Virus record (IMG/VR): IMGVR_UViG_3300037493_006316
Location: 22,224-86,223 of that record
Origin: a virus
Length of the DNA stretch: 64,000 bases
Reading direction: 5' to 3' (one strand)
Part shown: in pieces, positions 1-9,098 of the stretch
Numbering within the stretch: the first letter of the stretch is position 1
Layout of the letters: each line of letters starts with the position of its first letter
Program-made: the position numbers and the translations under genes
The notes under the pieces: generated by a model
What the model was told of the DNA's origin: nothing
Database searches by the model: none
The model's input: only the letters and a program-made list of their open reading frames with translations

Positions 1-9
1 GGGCGCGCC

Positions 10-753
10 GTGAACCTGCCCTGGCCGACGCTCGCTGAGGAGTCGCGGACCGCCCTGCGCCTGATCTCCACGCAGCTCAGTGGGCGCGAGGTGGCCGCCC
101 TCGACTGGCTCCTGGCCGAGACGGTCGGCAAGGGCGTGTGGTGGGTGAGCTTCCGGCCGCGCGACCTCGCCGAGGTCGTCGGCATGTCCGAGCGGCGCGC
201 GTCGGACATGCTGCAGCGCTTCATCGGCGAACGCTACCTCGAGCTGCCGTCCATCGAGCGCACCACGCAGGACCCGTGGACGGTGCGCCCGGCGCTCTAC
301 GAGGACTGGCCCTGGCCAGCCGAGCTCAAGGCCAAGCTGCCGATCCGCATCCATGCCGTGCTGTGCGGCCCTTGGTGCAGCGGCGCGGTCATCGCGGCCG
401 CGAACGACCTGTGGGACCTGGCCCGGGACACCGGCGCCGAGCGTGACCAGCCCAGCACGGACCTGCCCGAGCGCACGCCCTACGACGAGACCTGGCGGCG
501 GTGGTGCGCCACGCTGTGCGACCTCATCGACCGCCCGCCGAAAATGGGCGGCACGCTGCCGACCTTCCGGCGCGTGTTGGCCTTCCTGCGCACCGACCCG
601 CGTGAGCGCCAGCGCGTGCACGGGCCCTACGCTGACCGTCTGCTCGCCGTCCGCTACGAGCAGCTCTACCGCACGACGCGCATGCAGCACGTCGTCGCCA
701 CCACCCGCTACCGGGACCATGAGCGTGGCCGGTACTCCAAGGAGCCCACGTGA
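10..753 (+). CDS. winged-HTH DNA-binding protein
   Basis: FRPRDLAEVVGMSERRASDMLQRFIGERYL resembles a wHTH; stop overlaps the next start (GTGA). Confidence 0.5.
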   Translation: MNLPWPTLAEESRTALRLISTQLSGREVAALDWLLAETVGKGVWWVSFRPRDLAEVVGMSERRASDMLQRFIGERYLELPSIERTTQDPWTVRPALYEDWPWPAELKAKLPIRIHAVLCGPWCSGAVIAAANDLWDLARDTGAERDQPSTDLPERTPYDETWRRWCATLCDLIDRPPKMGGTLPTFRRVLAFLRTDPRERQRVHGPYADRLLAVRYEQLYRTTRMQHVVATTRYRDHERGRYSKEPT

Positions 754-2198
754 GCACGATCCCCATGGTCGCCGTCATTCTTCGCACCGTCGACGGCAAA
801 CCCCAACGCGAGCGGATGCCGAGCAAGCGGCGGATCGCCCAGGCGATGGCCACGATGAGCGGCCATCCGGTGTTTCCGGCGCACTACCCGTTGCGCGACG
901 CCACCGAAGATGACGGCCCCTTCGCCATCCTCGGCAAGGTCTACGACCTGCACATTCCCGTGCGCAAGGTCGGAGACAAGGAGGTGCGCGCCATCGCAGG
1001 CTGGCACATGCCGGGCCTCGACGGCCCCGGACACCCGCTGGGCCCGCCGGCCGAATGGCCGCTCGACGCGCAGTTCTTGGAGCCCCTGGAGCACGCGATC
1101 AGCTTCGACCGCGTCGTCTTCACCGCGAGCGCGCCCACCGTCGCAGTTCAGGCGTGGCAGTGGTTGGGCCGGCGCACCGTCGAAGCCCAGCGCGAGGCTG
1201 GCGTGCACGCCGACGTTGCGGTCGCAGCTGTGGATGAGGCCGTCGCGGCCATCGTCGCAGCCATGAACCGCTACAACCCCTCGATCAAGCGCATCGCCCA
1301 GCCGGTCTACATGGACCTGAAGCGCGGCCTGATCACCGTCGACACCAGCGGCGCCGCGCGCGACGCAGCCCTGTCGGCCATGCGCTCGCTGTTGAGCACG
1401 GCATCCCTGCCCGAGGACTGCACCGAAGACGTGGCCACCAAGCTCAGCCCCGACGTGCTCCTGCGACCACTCGACATCGTGACGTGGGTCATCGCCACGC
1501 ACCCCGATGACCGGACGCTGACGGCGTCCGAGTGGCGCGACCGCTTCGGCCGGTGGCTGCTCGACACCATGCGCGGCGGGCCGCTGTACGTGTCCCTGCG
1601 CGACCCGGACTGCGTGTACCGCGTGAGCTTCGGCAACCGCATGAAGCTCACCGCCGGCGAGGGTGCGTTCAAGCAGAAGGTCCAGGCCGAGCTGTCCGAC
1701 TCGCGGCGCGAGCGGCTCGCCGAAGTGGTCGACCTGGCCCGCGAGGTGGGGATGCAGGAGGCCACCATCGGCGCGACCTTCGACCTCGAGATCGCCACGC
1801 CTGACGACACCGAGCCCGTCTACCTGACCCTGTCCGGCGGCGCCGTGATCGACGTGGACGTGCGCATCAAGCCGCTCGACATGAAGTACGACGCGCCCGA
1901 GCCGGGCACGATGGAGGCGAGCACGCAGGCCCCCGAGCGCCTGTCGGTCGCCGCCGACCGTGGCCTGCGCTTCGGCGCGGTCTTCGACGCGTTCTGCGTC
2001 ATGGAGGCGCTGTGGACCGCGTGCTTCGGCGCGCTGCGAGACACGCGGCAGGCCACGATTCCGGCGGTGCCTGACCCCACCTACACCTGGCCGTTGCCCG
2101 CGCGCGGGGCGATCCTCTACACCGAGGCGGACCTCGACGCCTCGCAGTCCAGCGACAAGCGCGCCGCGGAGGTGCGCCGGGCCTGGGGCGTCTTGTAG
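750..2198 (+). CDS. hypothetical protein, possibly RdgC-like recombination-associated protein
   Basis: 482 aa, high-GC3 codons; VYMDLKRGLITVDTSGAARDAALSAMRSLL recalls the RdgC 'D...g.l.vDaaS...ae.ll..Lr..L' segment. Confidence 0.35.
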   Translation: MSTIPMVAVILRTVDGKPQRERMPSKRRIAQAMATMSGHPVFPAHYPLRDATEDDGPFAILGKVYDLHIPVRKVGDKEVRAIAGWHMPGLDGPGHPLGPPAEWPLDAQFLEPLEHAISFDRVVFTASAPTVAVQAWQWLGRRTVEAQREAGVHADVAVAAVDEAVAAIVAAMNRYNPSIKRIAQPVYMDLKRGLITVDTSGAARDAALSAMRSLLSTASLPEDCTEDVATKLSPDVLLRPLDIVTWVIATHPDDRTLTASEWRDRFGRWLLDTMRGGPLYVSLRDPDCVYRVSFGNRMKLTAGEGAFKQKVQAELSDSRRERLAEVVDLAREVGMQEATIGATFDLEIATPDDTEPVYLTLSGGAVIDVDVRIKPLDMKYDAPEPGTMEASTQAPERLSVAADRGLRFGAVFDAFCVMEALWTACFGALRDTRQATIPAVPDPTYTWPLPARGAILYTEADLDASQSSDKRAAEVRRAWGVL

Positions 2199-2209
2199 CG
2201 GTTTCGCGC

Positions 2210-2238
2210 TTGCATCCCCGCCGGCCCCGTGGTAGCCT
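2210..2238 (+). promoter_or_regulatory. sigma70-type promoter
   Basis: TTGCAT-N17-TAGCCT with TG extended -10; near-identical architecture at 60885-60913 (-). Confidence 0.65.
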
Positions 2239-2291
2239 CTGCAGGCGCACGGGGCTTTCGCCTTGAGCGCCACCACCCTGAACGGAGGCGC

Positions 2292-2513
2292 ATGGTCCAA
2301 GAGCAGCTCTTCGCTGACGTCGAGGTTGACGTGCGGGTGGTGTGGGTGTCGCTCATCGACCGCATGGCGCGGTTGGCGGTGGGCGGCGCCTACTACGAGG
2401 TGCACGAGGGGCAGGCGGCTCCGGCGCGTGGGCGGTTGGGCCGCGCGTTGGAGGCGGCGCTGCGGCGTGCCTTGCGTGAGGCTGCGGCCTCGGGGGTGTG
2501 TTTTGGGCAATGA
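2292..2513 (+). CDS. small hypothetical protein
   Basis: GGAGG RBS before ATG 2292, downstream of the promoter. Confidence 0.55.
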   Translation: MVQEQLFADVEVDVRVVWVSLIDRMARLAVGGAYYEVHEGQAAPARGRLGRALEAALRRALREAAASGVCFGQ

Positions 2514-3213
2514 ACGGACGACTGGCGCTAGCCTGAGCCCCGAAGACCTCGCCGCGATCAGCGCGGCCTTAAGGATGGACGTGGTTCCGGTGAGGAGGGC
2601 GCCCGACCCCAGCGACCGGACCACCACAATGGGGTTTGACCCCGTGTCGGGGTCGGCGGAGCAGTTGCCGCCCGTTTTGGACGAGGGCCTCGCCGAGCTT
2701 ATGGAAGAGCCTGACGCGGACGAAACCAAGCCGCTCCCGAGCGAGGGGGCCGACGATTGGGTCGCCGTCCTGACGGAGCGCCTCCGCGACTGTCCAGGGG
2801 TCTTTCTCGTTGCTCCCGACACCACGCGGCAACAGGTTGAGTCTAAATGGACCGATGCCGTGTTTTTGGTGGAGCGCGCTGAGGGCGGGTTTCGCTGGTT
2901 TCAACGGGGCGCCAGCGGTCTTGGCTGGGTTGCTGCCGGCAGGGTGGTTGCGACCTATAACGAGCTGCTCTCGAAACTGCGGTTTGCCAACGATCTGGCG
3001 GCCGAGGTGGCGAAATCGACGCCACCAGCCAAGAAGGCCGTTTCCTTCTGGCAGCATCGCGCTGAGCGACTCAACGACCACCTGGTCCTGCTTATGCAGC
3101 GCTCGACCCAGCGGCTTCATGATGACCTCTGCGCCGAAGAGTTTGACCTTGATGGGGTCGCAGTCCGAGCCGCCGACATCGCCGAGACCCTCCGCGTCCT
3201 GGCGGAGGCCTGA
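2503..3213 (+). CDS. hypothetical protein (start uncertain)
   Basis: Open frame ending in TGATG overlap with thyX; visibly more A/T-ending codons than neighbours. Confidence 0.55.
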   Translation: MGNERTTGASLSPEDLAAISAALRMDVVPVRRAPDPSDRTTTMGFDPVSGSAEQLPPVLDEGLAELMEEPDADETKPLPSEGADDWVAVLTERLRDCPGVFLVAPDTTRQQVESKWTDAVFLVERAEGGFRWFQRGASGLGWVAAGRVVATYNELLSKLRFANDLAAEVAKSTPPAKKAVSFWQHRAERLNDHLVLLMQRSTQRLHDDLCAEEFDLDGVAVRAADIAETLRVLAEA

Positions 3214-4064
3214 TGCGCCCGCACTCTCCCGCCCTTGACGCGATCCTGGGCCAGCGCTTCGACGTCCTCGATCACGGCTTCGTCCGCGTGATCGACTACA
3301 TGGGGGACGACGCTGCGGTGGTCCAAGCCGCGCGGGTGTCCTACGGCGAGGGCACTCGGGCCGTGCGCGAAGACCGCGGGCTCATCCGCTACTTGATGCG
3401 GCACCGCCACACGACGCCCTTCGAGATGTGCGAGCTGAAGCTCCACGTCAAGCTGCCGGTCTTCGTGGCCCGCCAGTGGATCCGCCACCGGATGGCGAAC
3501 GTCAACGAGGCCAGCGCCCGCTACAGCGTGATGGATCGGGAGTTCTACCTCCCGGCGCCCGAGGCTGTGGCGCTCCAGTCCGCCGACAACAAGCAGGGCC
3601 GGGGGGAGGCGGTCGACCCGCACACCGCGGCGTCGTTCATTGAGGTCCTGACCAAGGTCTCGGCCCAGGCCCGCGAGGACTATGACGGCGCGCTCGAAGC
3701 CGGCATCGCCCGGGAGCTGGCCCGGATCGGCTTGACCTTGAACACCTACACCGAGTGGTACTGGAAGATCGACCTGCACAACCTGCTGCACTTCCTCGCG
3801 CTGCGCATGGACGCGCACGCGCAGATGGAGATCCGCGTCTACGCCGACATCATCGCCGGCATCGTGGCGCAGTGGGTGCCGCTGAGCTGGGAGGCCTTCG
3901 AGGACTACCGGCTGCACGCGGTGACCTTCAGCCGGGGGCAGCTCTCCGCCCTGCGGGTCGCCCTCAAGGGCCAGCCGGTGTCGCTCGCCGAGCACGGCAT
4001 CACCGCCCGCGAGCTGCGGGACCTTGTCGAGGCCACGGGCCTCGAAGACGTGGAGGTCCGATGA
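3213..4064 (+). CDS. thyX: FAD-dependent thymidylate synthase
   Basis: VLDHGFVRVIDYMG, AARVSY, HTTPFE, ARQWIRHR...NEASARY ThyX motif, DLHNLLHFLALR..HAQMEIR. Confidence 0.97.
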   Translation: MRPHSPALDAILGQRFDVLDHGFVRVIDYMGDDAAVVQAARVSYGEGTRAVREDRGLIRYLMRHRHTTPFEMCELKLHVKLPVFVARQWIRHRMANVNEASARYSVMDREFYLPAPEAVALQSADNKQGRGEAVDPHTAASFIEVLTKVSAQAREDYDGALEAGIARELARIGLTLNTYTEWYWKIDLHNLLHFLALRMDAHAQMEIRVYADIIAGIVAQWVPLSWEAFEDYRLHAVTFSRGQLSALRVALKGQPVSLAEHGITARELRDLVEATGLEDVEVR

Positions 4065-4660
4065 GCCTGATCATCAGCAACCGCGACGCCCTCGTTGCGC
4101 ACGCCGCGGGCTGTTTGGCCGCCCGCCAGGCACAAGCCCCGGCGCCGCGCCTGCGCCTGGGCAACATCAGCGGCCTCGACTTCTCGGGGCTCAACCTCGA
4201 AGGGTTGACGCTGTTGGCGCCCTTTCTCGCCGGCGGGTACAACATCTCTCGCTGCAAGTTCCGCGGCAGCAACCTGCGGGGCGCGCGGCTGACGTTCCAC
4301 GACCTGACGGGCGTGGACTTCACCGAGGCGGACCTGACCGGCGCGACGCTCTTCGGCGCCGACCTGCGCCGCGCGACGATGGCGGGCGCCAAGGTCGCCG
4401 AGGGCGTGGTGCACGCGACCGCGCCGCTTCTCGCCAGTTTTGAGACCCGCGAGAACGACGAGATGTGGCACGCCTACGCGCTCACCGACGGGCGCGTCAT
4501 CCTGACCCTCGGCAACGAGCGCCAGCCGCTGGAATGGTGGCTGGCGAACGTCAAGGCTTGGGCCAAGGCCCGCGCCTATGCGGACTGGCAGTTCCGGCAG
4601 AAGGTGGAGCCTGCCATCCGCAAGGCCCAGGAGCTGGCGGCAGAGGTGGCTCGTGGGTGA
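4061..4660 (+). CDS. pentapeptide repeat protein
   Basis: SNLRG ARLTF HDLTG VDFTE ADLTG ATLFG ADLRR; ATGA coupling to thyX. Confidence 0.85.
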   Translation: MSLIISNRDALVAHAAGCLAARQAQAPAPRLRLGNISGLDFSGLNLEGLTLLAPFLAGGYNISRCKFRGSNLRGARLTFHDLTGVDFTEADLTGATLFGADLRRATMAGAKVAEGVVHATAPLLASFETRENDEMWHAYALTDGRVILTLGNERQPLEWWLANVKAWAKARAYADWQFRQKVEPAIRKAQELAAEVARG

Positions 4661-4811
4661 GCTCGCGGATGACGAGCGGGGCCTGTTGTGGGCCCTGCGG
4701 TGGACGCTGTTGGCCCTGGTGGTTGTGTGGGTGACTGCCGGGGGTCTGTTTGCGGTGAATCAGGAGAGCCGCGCGGTGGCGCGGTGGGAGGTGAGCGATG
4801 GGAGCCAATGA
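4653..4811 (+). CDS. small membrane protein
   Basis: Hydrophobic LLWALRWTLLALVVVWVTAGGLFAV; overlaps both neighbours. Confidence 0.45.
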   Translation: MGELADDERGLLWALRWTLLALVVVWVTAGGLFAVNQESRAVARWEVSDGSQ

Positions 4812-5316
4812 CACGATCGTGAGGCCCGCGTACGAGATGAATCTGTGCTCCGGGCTGGTTGAGGCAGCGAACATGCTGGCCGCCGAGGCTGCAGCAGAAA
4901 GGCGGGTCATCGAGCGCCCATTCAACGGGCTGGCCATGAAGGCGTGGCCCGGCATCACTGGCGCGCAGGTCGTGGTCGACTGGCAGTACGGCCTTGGCTG
5001 CCGTCGTGAGACGAAGCAGCGCGCCGAGCGCGACGCCCTCCGCACCCGCGCCGAGGCCGCCGAGCAGCGCGCCGAGGCCGCCGAGGCCGCGCTGGCACAG
5101 GCCCGCGCCGACCGCGCGCTCATGACCGGCCTGTGGCTCGCCACGGTGCCGCCGGACGTGCTGCCTACGCTGCTCCCGGCAGACCCGGGCGACCGAGACC
5201 GGCTGGTCGCCGCGCTCGACGCGGTGGACCTGCAGTCGGGCACCGCGTCGCACACGGCGGCGGCGCGCGCGGTCATCGCGCGCATCGTGGCGGAGACGGC
5301 TGGGGGTGCGCGGTGA
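4798..5316 (+). CDS. coiled-coil hypothetical protein
   Basis: GGAGGT RBS; RAEAAEQRAEAAEAALA heptads. Confidence 0.6.
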   Translation: MGANDTIVRPAYEMNLCSGLVEAANMLAAEAAAERRVIERPFNGLAMKAWPGITGAQVVVDWQYGLGCRRETKQRAERDALRTRAEAAEQRAEAAEAALAQARADRALMTGLWLATVPPDVLPTLLPADPGDRDRLVAALDAVDLQSGTASHTAAARAVIARIVAETAGGAR

Positions 5317-5531
5317 CCCTCCGCCACCTCCTCCGCCGACCCCGCACCACCGCCGAGCGCCGCGCTGCCTGCGCTGCCGCGGCCGACGTGCGGAGCGGCG
5401 AGGACGTGGTGCCGGTGCGGGCCTGGTGGCGGCCGACGGCGTGGGATGACCGCCCGGTCAGCGCGCGCGGCGACAGGTCGCGGCGGTGGCCGGGGTGGTG
5501 GCCCTGTCCGCGTGGTGCGGGTGGGGCGTGA
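5313..5531 (+). CDS. small Arg-rich phage protein
   Basis: GTGA overlap; RRPRTTAERR...PTAWDD pattern. Confidence 0.45.
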   Translation: MTLRHLLRRPRTTAERRAACAAAADVRSGEDVVPVRAWWRPTAWDDRPVSARGDRSRRWPGWWPCPRGAGGA

Positions 5532-5567
5532 GGGTAGAGGCGCCGATGGGGCGCGATGGAGGTGAGC

Positions 5568-5912
5568 ATGGGCGATATCAGCATCAGCGACCTGCTGCGG
5601 TGCATTCCGAGCACGCGCGCGCAGATCGCCTACACCGGCGACCCGCTGGTGTACCTGCAGGCCGCGTTCGAGGCGGTGGCGCGGGAGGCTGCCGAGGACG
5701 CGCTGAAGGTCCCGCCGGGGGCGAGACGGCAATTGTTCATCCAGCCGCAGGCCGGCGGCGGGTGGTTCCACCTCGGGCCCGCCGACCGGGTGCGGACTGG
5801 CGATCTGCGGGACTCGTTGGTTGATTTCGAGGCTGAGGAGGGCGTTGAGTTCGACGTGCGCCCGATGACCCAAGCAGCCGTTGACGCTCTGCCCGAGTTT
5901 GACGGCTGGTAG
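5568..5912 (+). CDS. hypothetical protein
   Basis: GGAGGTG RBS before ATG; ends VDALPEFDGW. Confidence 0.65.
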   Translation: MGDISISDLLRCIPSTRAQIAYTGDPLVYLQAAFEAVAREAAEDALKVPPGARRQLFIQPQAGGGWFHLGPADRVRTGDLRDSLVDFEAEEGVEFDVRPMTQAAVDALPEFDGW

Positions 5913-6009
5913 TTGTCACCCGCTGAAATCCGCCGGCGCCCTCCGGGTGCTACGCTCCGCCCAGGCCCGAGCCCCCACCACACCCGGGGGACGTGCGCCC
6001 GGGGGGAGC

Positions 6010-6258
6010 GTGGCACCGCACCGCACACGGCAGGCCCTGCTCCTCACCCTCCGCGACGCCGCGCGCCTGCTCCGGGCGCCGGTCGCGGGGCCGGACGGGC
6101 CGCTGGCCGACCGGGCGGCGGTGGCGCAGCATGAGGCCGTGGGCCTGCTGCTGACGGTGGGTGGGCTGCGGGGTGGCTGGACATGGTGGGCCGCGGTCCG
6201 GGTGGTCTGGGCCGCGGGGAGACTGTACGAGAGGGCGCGAGGGGCGCCGAAGGGGTGA
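6010..6258 (+). CDS. small hypothetical protein
   Basis: GGGGAG just before GTG; hydrophobic/Trp-rich C-terminal half. Confidence 0.4.
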   Translation: MAPHRTRQALLLTLRDAARLLRAPVAGPDGPLADRAAVAQHEAVGLLLTVGGLRGGWTWWAAVRVVWAAGRLYERARGAPKG

Positions 6259-6261
6259 GGG
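6233..6261 (+). repeat. 29-bp leader repeat, copy 1
   Basis: gggcgcgaggggcgccgaaggggtgaggg; 28/29 identical to 6682-6710; each copy sits just before a start codon. Confidence 0.85.
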
Positions 6262-6262
6262 C

Positions 6263-6637
6263 GTGTCTGAACTTGAACAAGCTATCGCGAACATCAAGGC
6301 GCACGTTGATGTCGACGACTACGAGGGTCGCTGCGGTCTTGCGCTAGCTCTGTCACTTCTGGAGGCCATGCAGGCTGCGGACCATGCATCTATGGTCGGG
6401 CAGATGCTGGGCTACCGATGGGCGGTCAGCCCTGCCGTCGGGCACCCAGCCGGGTGCGGGCTGTTCCTGAGCTACCAGCGCGGAGCGTTCGACATGCTCG
6501 CCGCTCGGGACACCGACACCGACCCGTGGGACCTGCTGACGAGCGACAGCACGCGGGCCGGTCTGACGACTGCGCAGATGGTCGCCGAGGCGCGCGCAGC
6601 CGCCGCCCGGTTCGAGCGGGAGTCCACTGAGGACTGA
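6263..6637 (+). CDS. hypothetical protein (cassette-like gene 1)
   Basis: GTG start 2 nt after the leader repeat; stop lies inside the 3' repeat. Confidence 0.6.
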   Translation: MSELEQAIANIKAHVDVDDYEGRCGLALALSLLEAMQAADHASMVGQMLGYRWAVSPAVGHPAGCGLFLSYQRGAFDMLAARDTDTDPWDLLTSDSTRAGLTTAQMVAEARAAAARFERESTED

Positions 6638-6673
6638 CAGCACCAAGCCCCGGCCTGCCGATGCGGGCCGGGC
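6634..6673 (+). repeat. 3' repeat plus GC hairpin, copy 1
   Basis: ctgacagcaccaagccccggcctgc, 24/25 identical to 7256-7280; stem cccggcctgc-cgat-gcgggccggg. Confidence 0.8.
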
Positions 6674-6681
6674 AACACGAC

Positions 6682-6710
6682 GGGCGCGAGGGGCGCCGAG
6701 GGGGTGAGGG
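6682..6710 (+). repeat. 29-bp leader repeat, copy 2
   Basis: gggcgcgaggggcgccgagggggtgaggg directly before ATG 6711. Confidence 0.85.
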
Positions 6711-7259
6711 ATGGGCGACATAGAGAAGCTTGAGGCGAGGCTTGATGCGGCCCTGGTGAGAGTCAAGGCGGCGCGAGCCGATGGTCAGCGCGCCGAGAAT
6801 GAGGCGCTTGACCTGATGATTCAGATCGGCACCCATTCGGCGCGCAAAGCCGAGGTCGAGCGAGACGCCGCCGTGGCCCGCGCCGAGGCTGCAGAGGCCC
6901 GCGCGACGCTCGCCGAGGCGGACCTCGACGCGCTCGCCCGCACCGTCGGAGCCGCCATCGTGGCGGGCTCGCTCGCCTCGGGCGAGTCGCTGACCAGCCC
7001 ACCACAGCACGCCATCGTCTCAACGGTGAACCGGCTGCGCGCCCGCGCTGAGGCTGCGGAGGCAGCGCTGGCCGCCGCCAATGCGCGCGCCGACCATGCC
7101 GTACACCGCGCGGCCAAGGCTGAGGTCGACGTGGATGAGGCTGACGTGCGCTGCGACGGTTTCGAACGCCTGCTTAGCGAGGGGCTGGAGATCGTCGAGA
7201 GCCTGAGCGCCGGGCATGACGTGTGGGCGGCGCAGGTGCGCCGCGCTCTGGGTGTCTGA
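6711..7259 (+). CDS. coiled-coil hypothetical protein (cassette-like gene 2)
   Basis: RAEAAEA heptads shared with 4798-5316; flanked by both repeats. Confidence 0.65.
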   Translation: MGDIEKLEARLDAALVRVKAARADGQRAENEALDLMIQIGTHSARKAEVERDAAVARAEAAEARATLAEADLDALARTVGAAIVAGSLASGESLTSPPQHAIVSTVNRLRARAEAAEAALAAANARADHAVHRAAKAEVDVDEADVRCDGFERLLSEGLEIVESLSAGHDVWAAQVRRALGV

Positions 7260-7297
7260 CAGCACAAAGCCCCGGCCTGCTGGTAGCAGACCGGGGC
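7256..7297 (+). repeat. 3' repeat plus GC hairpin, copy 2
   Basis: ctgacagcacaaagccccggcctgc; stem gccccggcctgct-ggt-agcagaccggggc. Confidence 0.8.
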
Positions 7298-7368
7298 CAG
7301 AACGCCCGTGCGCCGGGATGCCGCAGCCCATCACACCGTCACCCACAACCAACCCAAACGGAGCCTCA

Positions 7369-7854
7369 ATGCTAACCACGGCTTTCGCCCTGGCCTCCTA
7401 CATACACGCGGGCCAACGCTACGGCAACCGTCCGTTCATCAGCCACGTCATCGACGTGCACGAAGTCATCGCCGCGCTCTACCCCGACGACGTCGAGCTT
7501 CAGGCCGCCGCCTACCTCCACGACGCCATCGAAGACGCCCCTGAAGGCATGGACGCGCGGCAGATGATCGCCGTGCGCTGCGGCGCCGGTGTGCTCGCCT
7601 TGGTCGAGGCCGTCACCGACGAGCCCGGCGAGACCCGCGCCGAGCGCAAGGTCAAGACCCTGCCGAAGACCGCCGCGGCCGGCTGGCGCGCGGTGGCCCT
7701 GAAGCTGGCTGACCGCAGCTGCAACATGCGCGGCCAGGCCCACGCCGCCATGTACCGGGCCGAGCTGCCCGCCTTCCGCGCCGCGCTCTTTCCGGTCACC
7801 GCTGAGCGCCCCGAGTTGGCGCCGCTGTGGGCCGGGCTGGGGGTGGTGTCGTGA
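7369..7854 (+). CDS. RelA/SpoT-type HD hydrolase (Mesh1/small alarmone hydrolase-like)
   Basis: HAGQRYGNRPFISHV, AAYLHDAIED, LVEAVTD, LKLADRSCNMR; GGAG RBS. Confidence 0.85.
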   Translation: MLTTAFALASYIHAGQRYGNRPFISHVIDVHEVIAALYPDDVELQAAAYLHDAIEDAPEGMDARQMIAVRCGAGVLALVEAVTDEPGETRAERKVKTLPKTAAAGWRAVALKLADRSCNMRGQAHAAMYRAELPAFRAALFPVTAERPELAPLWAGLGVVS

Positions 7855-8609
7855 TCGCCTGGATTGCCACCGACAACTCGGATGGCGGCCCGCTCGCCTT
7901 CGACCATGACTTTGTGGCCATCGCCGAGGGCTACGAGCGCCTCGGCTACGAGGTCAAGGCCCTGCGGACCACGATCAACCCGCACCAGACCCGCCCGGTG
8001 GACATGGGCGGGGTGACGGCCGAGACGCCCGTGGTCGGCGACCTGCGGCTGCTGCCGCGGCTGGTGACCGCCCTTGGCGGTCGGTGGGAGCCGATGCCGT
8101 CGTGGCCGGAGCAGCTCCGGTACTACATGCGCCGCGACCTGTCCGAGATCCGCGCCGAGGATGCCATCGACCGCATCCTCAACGGCGAGCGCCTGTTCCT
8201 GAAGCTCGATCACAAGTGGCTGCCGGGCGCGATCTACGACCTGGGCAACGTCGAGGCGCTGATGAACATCCACGAGGGTACGTTGCTCATGCGGTCGGAG
8301 ATCGTTGACTTTGCGGCTGAGTGGCGCATCTTCTACGATGAGCACGGCGAGGTGGAGCACATGGCGCAGTATCGCGGTGAGGCCCATCCCATCGGTGACG
8401 CGCACTTCGAGCACGTCCGGTCGGCCGGCAAAGCCTTCGGCCGCGCTCCGGCCGGGCTCAGCATTGACTTCGGCGTCACGCGCGGCTGGCACCTGCGCGT
8501 CGTCGAGGCGCACGCCGGGCCCGCCCTGGGGCTCTACGGCCTGCCCCCGCTTCTGGCTGCCCAACGGCACCTCCGCGCATGGCGCGCGTGCTTCGAGGTG
8601 GCGCCATGA
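7851..8609 (+). CDS. ATP-grasp protein (R2K/DUF4343-like)
   Basis: LFLK, SEIVDFAAEWRIF, IDFGVT, VVEAHAGPALGLYG; GTGA coupling. Confidence 0.7.
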   Translation: MIAWIATDNSDGGPLAFDHDFVAIAEGYERLGYEVKALRTTINPHQTRPVDMGGVTAETPVVGDLRLLPRLVTALGGRWEPMPSWPEQLRYYMRRDLSEIRAEDAIDRILNGERLFLKLDHKWLPGAIYDLGNVEALMNIHEGTLLMRSEIVDFAAEWRIFYDEHGEVEHMAQYRGEAHPIGDAHFEHVRSAGKAFGRAPAGLSIDFGVTRGWHLRVVEAHAGPALGLYGLPPLLAAQRHLRAWRACFEVAP

Positions 8610-9022
8610 CGCCCTGGGTCGCCCTCCTGGCCATCGACGACGACCGCGACCGCTACGCAGAGCTGGCCCGCCGGCTGGCGCCGCACCGCGTGGCGGTGCT
8701 GGTCATGCACGAGGTCACCCGCGTCGAGCGGCGCCTGTCGACCGCGTCGACCGCGCTGCCCCTGGTCGGGATCTTCCTCGACCGAGACATGCCGGAGCGC
8801 GTGGGCGAGGACTGGGTGGCGCACCTGCCCGTCGATCTGCCGGTGTGCGTGTCGAGCGCCAACCGGGCCATGGCTCGGGTCGTCGCGGCGCGCCTGCGCG
8901 GCCGGGGCATCCACCACGTCGTGATGAGCGCGCTGGACGCCTCGCCCGAGTGGCCGTGGATGGGGTGGGCGCTCGACGTGGTCGGTCGACATCGGCTTGC
9001 GGCCGCCCAGGCCCCGCGGTAG
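8606..9022 (+). CDS. cyclic-phosphate-processing receiver-like domain protein
   Basis: LLAIDDDRDR...IFLDRDM...GEDWV...VSSANR matches the LDD.R / LDHDLG / G.D / HSAN pattern; ATGA coupling. Confidence 0.6.
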   Translation: MTPWVALLAIDDDRDRYAELARRLAPHRVAVLVMHEVTRVERRLSTASTALPLVGIFLDRDMPERVGEDWVAHLPVDLPVCVSSANRAMARVVAARLRGRGIHHVVMSALDASPEWPWMGWALDVVGRHRLAAAQAPR

Positions 9023-9060
9023 GCTGGCGACGTTCTTCGCCGTCGCGCTTTCGGCGCTTG

Positions 9061-9098
9061 AGGCCCGCTGGGATGTCCCCGGCGGGCCTTTCGCTGTT
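9061..9098 (+). terminator. intrinsic terminator of the + strand operon
   Basis: 12-bp stem aggcccgctggg-atgtc-cccggcgggcct followed by ttcgctgtt. Confidence 0.6.

Noticed and set aside
708-8570. Long - strand ORFs in the left arm (708-2825, 4551-5873, 7512-8570)
   Set aside because: Shadow frames opposite well-supported, coupled + strand genes
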